Position numbers and translations under genes: made by a program
In this document: positions 27,024-32,000 of the stretch, piece by piece
Position numbering within the stretch: the first letter of the stretch is position 1
Layout: each line of letters opens with the position of its first letter
Origin: Candidatus Saccharimonadota bacterium
Lineage (GTDB): Bacteria; Bacteroidota; Bacteroidia; Cytophagales; Amoebophilaceae
Direction of reading: 5' to 3'
DNA length: 32,000 nucleotides
Assembly: GCF_936981045.1 (NCBI RefSeq)
Contig: NZ_OW441264.1
Location: 330,001-362,000, forward strand
The notes under the pieces: model-generated
Databases searched by the model: none
Told to the model about the DNA's origin: nothing
The model's input: the letters and a program-made list of their open reading frames with translations, nothing else

Positions 27024-27723
27024 GGTTTTGTCGCGTTTATTCTAAAAAATCATTATTTTAGTATCTGCAGTTAAAAAAGTAGTTATTATGTTTAATATTT
27101 CGCCCAAATTATTACCTTATTTTAAGGGCTATTGTTCTTCAGCAGAAGTCATCCTGTTATTTGTCTAGATGAAGTATTGTTTTTCCTTGAGCTATAGAGA
27201 TTTGGAAGATATGATGCGTATGAGAGGCGCAAGAGTTGATCATTCTACGCTACAAAGATGGGTTATTAAATTTGTTCCTCTTATAGATGAAGCAGTAAGC
27301 AAAAGAAAACGACCAGTTGGTGGTAGTTGGAGAATGGATGAAACCTATGTTAAACTAAACGGGAAGTGGATCTATTTATATAGAGCAGTAGATCGTTATG
27401 GTGATACAGTTAACTTTTTTCTATCTGAGCATAGAGACAAGTCTGTAGCTTTTTCTTTTTTTCGTAAGGCGATCACAGAAAATAATATTCCTAAGGAAGT
27501 AGTAATTGACAAAAGCGGTAGTAATAAAGCTGCCCTTGATACGATCAATACAGAACTTGATCAAGATCATACCATTCAAATATTTCAAAACAAATACTTG
27601 AATAATAGAGTTGAACAAGATCATAGGTTTATCAAAAAACGGCTAAAACCTATGCTTAGTTTTAAGTGTTTTAAGTCTGCAGCCATTGCACGCCGGCACA
27701 GGTGTGCAACAAATGGGGTGTAA
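27024..27723 (+). pseudogene. IS6-family element left part, copy B (transposase with in-frame TAG and no C-terminus or right end)
   Basis: The terminal repeat GGTTTTGTCGCGTTTATTC starts at 27024. The original start ATG at 27088 gives MFNISPKLLPYFKGYCSSAEVILLFV*, with the TAG at 27166-27168. The frame continues MKYCFSLSYRDLEDMMRMRGARVDHSTLQRW...DETYVKLNGKWIYLYRAVD...NNRVEQDHRFIKKRL. Similarity to IS6 transposases stops after FKCFKSAAIA. Confidence 0.75.
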
Positions 27724-28743
27724 GTCCCCTGACTCTAATTTGTCTATTTCGGGAGTCTAGCAGGAGGTTGGATTTGTGGGGTGATTCACAGGTTTAAGTT
27801 ACCTTTAAATGCATCTGCAAAATAGCGGGCTGCAACAAAAGTGAACCTAAATTAGCCTCGTTAAGCCGTTTAAGCGCATTTGCCGACTATCTAGTGGCTA
27901 CAGGAAGGCTGATAGTAGGATGGAAAAAATAGACCATGACCATCATACAAGTGCCGGGGTGTTAGGGGTTGCACGCTATGAATGTTTCACATCGTAGTCC
28001 GGGAGATCTGATATGAATCCAGTAAGCCACTGGAAACTTTATTGTATAAGTAAAGCGAAATCAATAAGGGTGATATCAGAAGTCCGCGGGGTCTATAATA
28101 CCGTTCGTATTGATTGGGAAACCACTCAAGAGGAAAGGGACCCTACTTCAGTTAACGAGTTTAAAAGAGTTGAGAATGTCTGATTGCCCTAAAGCTATGA
28201 ACGGAACATTAAAAGTTCAGCAACTCCAAAGAACTCTATATCTCAAATCCAAGCAATGTAAGGAAGTCAGATTTTATAGTATATATGATAAAATTTATCT
28301 AAAAGATGTACTTTGGGAAGCTTGGCGTCAAGTCAAAGCAAATCAAGGTTCAGCAGGAATTGATGGTAAAAGCATAAGTGATATAATAGATCAAGGTGAG
28401 GCAAAGATTATCAATAAATTGCAGCAGCAACTACGCGCAAAGCTATACAAATTTACCTCAAGCAGGTTGGTAGAAATACCCAAAGCTAAAGGTGGAACAA
28501 GGCCACTAGAGGTAATGACCGTAGAAGATCTCATAGTGCTCACAGCAATGAAAATAGTCATTGAACCGATCTTCGAAGCTGATTTTCATGAATGTTCATA
28601 CGGCTATAGACCGAAACGAGGAGCCAAACAAGCGAGTTTAGTGATCCGAGAAGATCTATACCAGCAGGCATGGGGCGTAGTTGAGATTGATTTTCAATCA
28701 TACTTTACTAGCATCCCACACGAAAAGTTATTAAAACTTATTA
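27702..28743 (+). mobile_element. Group II intron 5' fragment, copy B (5' ribozyme domains plus RT ORF truncated in RT domain 4 by a MITE)
   Basis: RT motifs are WRQVKANQGSAGIDG (RT0), VEIPKAKGGTRPLEV...IEPIFEADFHECSYGYRPKRGAKQA (RT1-3) and EIDFQSYFTSIPHEKLL (RT4). The likely ORF start ATG is at 28176. About 470 nt of structured-looking non-coding sequence lies upstream. GTGTG at 27702-27706 is the only GTGYG-like candidate 5' end. Domains V/VI are absent. Confidence 0.6.
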
Positions 28744-28833
28744 ACGTGAGTTCGGGATTTATTTTACTGATTTACAACAATTTAATATCAATTATTTAGT
28801 TAATATTTGCACCTATTTAACAAGTTTTTATAT
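28744..28833 (+). mobile_element. MITE fragment (first 90 bp of the 240-bp element)
   Basis: ACGTGAGTTCGGGATTTATTTTACTGATTTACAACAATTTAATATCAATTATTTAG...TTTTTATAT matches positions 1-90 of MITE copy 1. It is cut by IS982 copy 5. Confidence 0.8.
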
Positions 28834-29836
28834 ACCTCAGTTCGGGATTATACGTATTGTGAACCAGTCATATATATATTAGTTATAGAAGGTTTTTTCT
28901 CTTTTAGTGCATAAGCTGTAATTCCAGCTATCAAATTGACTAGAAAATTAGGTATGCTTCTATGCCTGGAATGTTCTATCTGGCTAATATTTTTGAGCTG
29001 ATCTATAATAGTTTCAATTATAGATCGTTTTCTAAGCATCAGTTTATCCCAGAGTGGCATAAAAGCATTTTTCATATTTTTTCTGATCTGGGTAATGAGT
29101 TCCACGCCTTTCTCGATCAGTTTTTTAAATAAATCTTTGCTTATGTAACCTTTATTGGCAAACATTTTACCCATCAAGTGTTTACACAAATTTTCTACAG
29201 GAAGCCTATCATTAGTTTTACCTATGGTCAGTTGAAAATTCATAATTTCTCCTAAATCATTGACTATCAAGTGCAACTTTAATCCAAAAAACTAACCGAT
29301 GCTGGTTTTACCTTTAGTAGCAATCGATTTAAAAACCCTGTACGTATAGGCTCTTTTGATATGGCAAACCTTGATGGCTGTTGCATCCATAAAATAACAA
29401 CCTGTTTTTGTTTTAGCAAGACTTTGTGTAAAACAGTACAAGGGAACTAACGTTCTTTGGATCAGTTCTATAAATCTATTGTAGCTTACTAACTTTCCAA
29501 ATTTACTAGAATGAAATTGCTGTAAATGAATATAATAAGACTTAAAATTTCTAAAACCAATCACATGAAAGGCAATAAGAACAGTCATTATTTCACTCAA
29601 AGTTAATGAACAAGTTCTAGTGGGTTTTCTTTTAGAGTTGGTTAACAGTTGTTTTTCCATATACGGCATAAACTTTATGAGAAATTCATCAACAGCATAA
29701 TATATTTCAACTAATTATTTCTACATTCATAACTGGCTTCTTTGGATAATCTGGTTAGTATTTTTTTATCTCCAAATTTAAAACACAAAGAAGCTTTTTA
29801 AAGCTATTTTTTAACAAGCTAATCCCGAACTCAGGT
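28834..29836 (-). mobile_element. IS982-family element, copy 5 (transposase dead: 1-nt insertion near the start plus TGG->TAG; no target duplication)
   Basis: Termini match the other copies. ORF pieces are 28848..29276 and 29292..29669. Flanks are ...TTATAT and TAATTG..., which do not match. Confidence 0.88.
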
Positions 29837-29887
29837 TAATTGATATTAAATTGTTGTAAATCAGTCAAATAAATATCGAACTCACGT
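29837..29887 (-). mobile_element. MITE fragment (first ~51 bp of the element, inverted)
   Basis: The reverse complement ACGTGAGTTCGATATTTATTTGACTGATTTACAACAATTTAATATCAATTA matches MITE positions 1-51, which is the same end as 28744-28833 but in opposite orientation. Confidence 0.75.
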
Positions 29888-29919
29888 TAATAGTAAATCA
29901 ACAACAGATACCAAACATT

Positions 29920-32000
29920 ATGGACTTTGGAAAATACACCATTAAAGCACAAGAATCTATACAAAGCGCTATAGAGATTGCGCAAGCCAATCAACAACTT
30001 ACTATTGAAAATGGTCACTTACTGAAGGCCATTTTAAGCAGCAACGAAGCACACGTTACCTTCCTTACCAGGCAACTTCAGGTTGCCTTAATGCCTTTAG
30101 AGCAAGCATTGGATACACTTATCCAAACCTATCCAAAAGCCTCTGGGCAGCAGCCTTATTTATCACCAAATATGGATGTTACCTTTCGTGTCGCAGAAAG
30201 TTACAAAAACAAATTAGGTGATGATTTTATCGCGGTAGATCATTTACTTTTAAGCCTCTGCGCAGGTAAAGATAAGACAGCAGCGTTAATGAAAACGCAT
30301 GGCATAACAGAACAACCGTTGCTACAAGCCATTCAAGCCTTACGGGGTACTCACAAAGTTTCTGATCCTAGTGCAGAGTCTAAATATAGGTCGCTGGAGC
30401 GTTACGCAAAAAACTTAAATCAATTGGTTAAAGCAGGCAAAATAGATCCAGTCATTGGGCGTGATGAAGAATCTAGAAGAATGGTACAAATTATTTCACG
30501 TAGAACAAAAAGCAACCCCCTATTAATTGGAGAACCTGGTGTAGGTAAAACAGCTATTGTAGAGGGGTTAGCGCAAAGAATTGTAGCTGGTGATGTCCCT
30601 GAAAACATCAAATCTAAGTTAATTTTTGCATTAGACTTAGGCCTTTTGATTGCTGGTGCCAAATACAAAGGTGAGTTTGAGGAGCGACTTAAAGCCGTCA
30701 TTAAGGAGGTAATTGATTCTAATGGGGAGTTTATGCTTTTCATTGATGAAATCCACATGCTTATTGGGGCAGGTGCCTCTGGAGAAGGTGCCATGGATGC
30801 TGCAAATCTACTTAAACCAGCACTTGCGCGTGGAGCACTACATGCGATTGGTGCTACTACGCTAAAGGAATACCAAAAGTATATAGAGAAGGATAAAGCC
30901 CTAGAAAGAAGGTTTCAAGTTATAATGGTAGATGAACCAAGTCAGGAGCATGCTATTTCTATTATACGAGGCATAAAGCCAAAGTACGAGCTACATCATG
31001 GTATACGCATTAAAGATAATGCGGTTACAGCAACTGTACGGCTCTCTGATCGCTATTTACCGGGCTTTCTCCCTGATAAAGCCATAGATGTAATGGATGA
31101 AGCTGCTGCCAAAAAACGGATTGATTTAGATGCTATTCCTGTGGATTTAGACCAAATCCAACGAAAAATTACCGAATTAGAAATTGAAAGAGAAGCGATT
31201 CGAAAAGAAAGAAATATAGTTAAGTTAGAAGAATTGTCTAAAACCATTACAGCACTAAATGAAAAGAAGAATACTCTGAAAGCAAAATGGGAACATGACA
31301 AGTCAATTATTCAGGATATTAGTACACAGAAGAAACAAATTGAACAATTGCGTTTAGATTCCGAACAAGCTGAGCGAAGTTTTGACTATGGTAAGGTAGC
31401 GGAAATTCGATATGGAAAGCTTATAGAAGCAGAAAAAAAACTCAAAGCATTACAAGAAAAAGTAGAAGCACTTCGTGACACGAGTCCACTTTTTAAAGAA
31501 GAAGTGACACAGGAGGATATTGCTGAAGTTATAGCGCAGAGAACGGGTATTCCTATTGCTAAAATGCTACAAGATGAACGAGAAAAACTACTCCACTTAG
31601 AGGCTGTACTGGCCGAGCGTGTTGCAGGTCAAGCAGAAGCCATTCAGGCTATTGCTGACGCAGTGCGTAGAAGCCGCGCTGAATTACAAGACCCCCGTAA
31701 GCCTATTGGTTCTTTTATCTTTTTAGGTACTACTGGAGTAGGTAAAACCGAACTAGCCAAAGCACTGGCACAATTCTTATTCAAAGATGAACAGGCCATG
31801 ATTCGCATAGATATATCAGAATACCAAGAAAAACATGCGGTTAGTCGGTTGATTGGTGCACCACCTGGCTATATGGGATATGATGAAGGTGGCCAGCTGA
31901 CAGAAGCGGTACGGAACAAACCCTATTCAGTAATTTTATTAGATGAAATAGAAAAAGCACATCCAGATGTTTTTAATATTTTGTTGCAAGTATTGGATGA
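29920..32000 (+). CDS. clpB: ATP-dependent chaperone ClpB (partial, continues beyond the right edge)
   Basis: The open frame from ATG 29920 is not in the ORF track because it has no stop in the window. It contains the N-domain [25 protein letters not shown]1 Walker [16 protein letters not shown], the Walker [10 protein letters not shown], a long coiled-coil middle domain, and NBD2 Walker [16 protein letters not shown] with [14 protein letters not shown]. Confidence 0.95.
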   Translation, partial: MDFGKYTIKAQESIQSAIEIAQANQQLTIENGHLLKAILSSNEAHVTFLTRQLQVALMPLEQALDTLIQTYPKASGQQPYLSPNMDVTFRVAESYKNKLGDDFIAVDHLLLSLCAGKDKTAALMKTHGITEQPLLQAIQALRGTHKVSDPSAESKYRSLERYAKNLNQLVKAGKIDPVIGRDEESRRMVQIISRRTKSNPLLIGEPGVGKTAIVEGLAQRIVAGDVPENIKSKLIFALDLGLLIAGAKYKGEFEERLKAVIKEVIDSNGEFMLFIDEIHMLIGAGASGEGAMDAANLLKPALARGALHAIGATTLKEYQKYIEKDKALERRFQVIMVDEPSQEHAISIIRGIKPKYELHHGIRIKDNAVTATVRLSDRYLPGFLPDKAIDVMDEAAAKKRIDLDAIPVDLDQIQRKITELEIEREAIRKERNIVKLEELSKTITALNEKKNTLKAKWEHDKSIIQDISTQKKQIEQLRLDSEQAERSFDYGKVAEIRYGKLIEAEKKLKALQEKVEALRDTSPLFKEEVTQEDIAEVIAQRTGIPIAKMLQDEREKLLHLEAVLAERVAGQAEAIQAIADAVRRSRAELQDPRKPIGSFIFLGTTGVGKTELAKALAQFLFKDEQAMIRIDISEYQEKHAVSRLIGAPPGYMGYDEGGQLTEAVRNKPYSVILLDEIEKAHPDVFNILLQVLD

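Noticed and set aside
28110-28799. A 229-aa ORF that could be called as a complete reverse transcriptase gene.
   Set aside because: It starts at a TTG inside intron RNA sequence. Its last 18 codons ([17 protein letters not shown]) are read-through into the MITE. RT domains 5-7, X and En are missing.
5967-29291. Many premature stops in transposase genes are TAG: IS3 orfA at 5967, IS110, IS982 copies 2, 4 and 5, and IS6 copy B at 27166. This raised the idea of amber read-through or codon reassignment in mobile-element genes.
   Set aside because: TAG is the ordinary stop of glyQS, mreB and cysS in this same window. The affected genes also carry frameshifts and truncations. Two of the TAGs are simple TGG->TAG transitions, as expected under AT-biased decay.
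1-32000. I looked for a defence island, prophage, secretion system, toxin-antitoxin pair, retron/DGR (given the RT) or biosynthetic cluster.
   Set aside because: Every ORF over 180 aa is accounted for as a housekeeping gene or a transposase/RT fragment. The RT has group II intron motifs, is truncated, and has no adjacent ncRNA, template repeat or effector gene. No candidate system remains.

Overview
This is an AT-rich bacterial chromosomal window. Ordinary housekeeping genes with Bacteroidota-type sequences are separated by four blocks of insertion-sequence debris. The housekeeping set is: rnhA 5' tip, one lipoprotein of unknown function, tRNA-Ala(GGC), glyQS, lpxH, mreB, cysS, an HtrA/DegP-type protease, an LptC-like protein, murG, tRNA-Ser(GGA), a class A PBP, and clpB, which runs off the right edge.

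By my coordinates the IS blocks (5532-12072, 17364-20960, 21827-24183, 27024-29887) total about 15.4 kb, close to half the window. At least eight mobile-element families are recognisable from transposase motifs and terminal repeats: IS3, IS5, IS4, IS110, IS982, IS1634/DUF4277-type, IS256 and IS6. There is also a truncated group II intron present twice and a 240-bp MITE. Most copies are dead through nonsense codons, frameshifts, truncations or nested insertions.

A heavy, mostly decayed IS load plus a eukaryote-like gene remnant is what I remember being described for the amoeba symbiont Candidatus Amoebophilus asiaticus. That attribution is inference from memory, not a search result.

I did not find a CRISPR array or any defence, secretion, toxin-antitoxin or biosynthetic system, and I do not claim a novel multi-gene system here. 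The observations most worth follow-up are:
- a MITE family whose termini match the IS982-family element;
- an identical IS6/group II intron junction present as 1.2-kb inverted repeats bracketing tRNA-Ser and the PBP gene;
- a eukaryote/archaeal-type ITPase gene destroyed by a doubly nested insertion;
- IS982 junctions that record rearrangements: a 15-bp inverted flank identity and two copies without target duplications.
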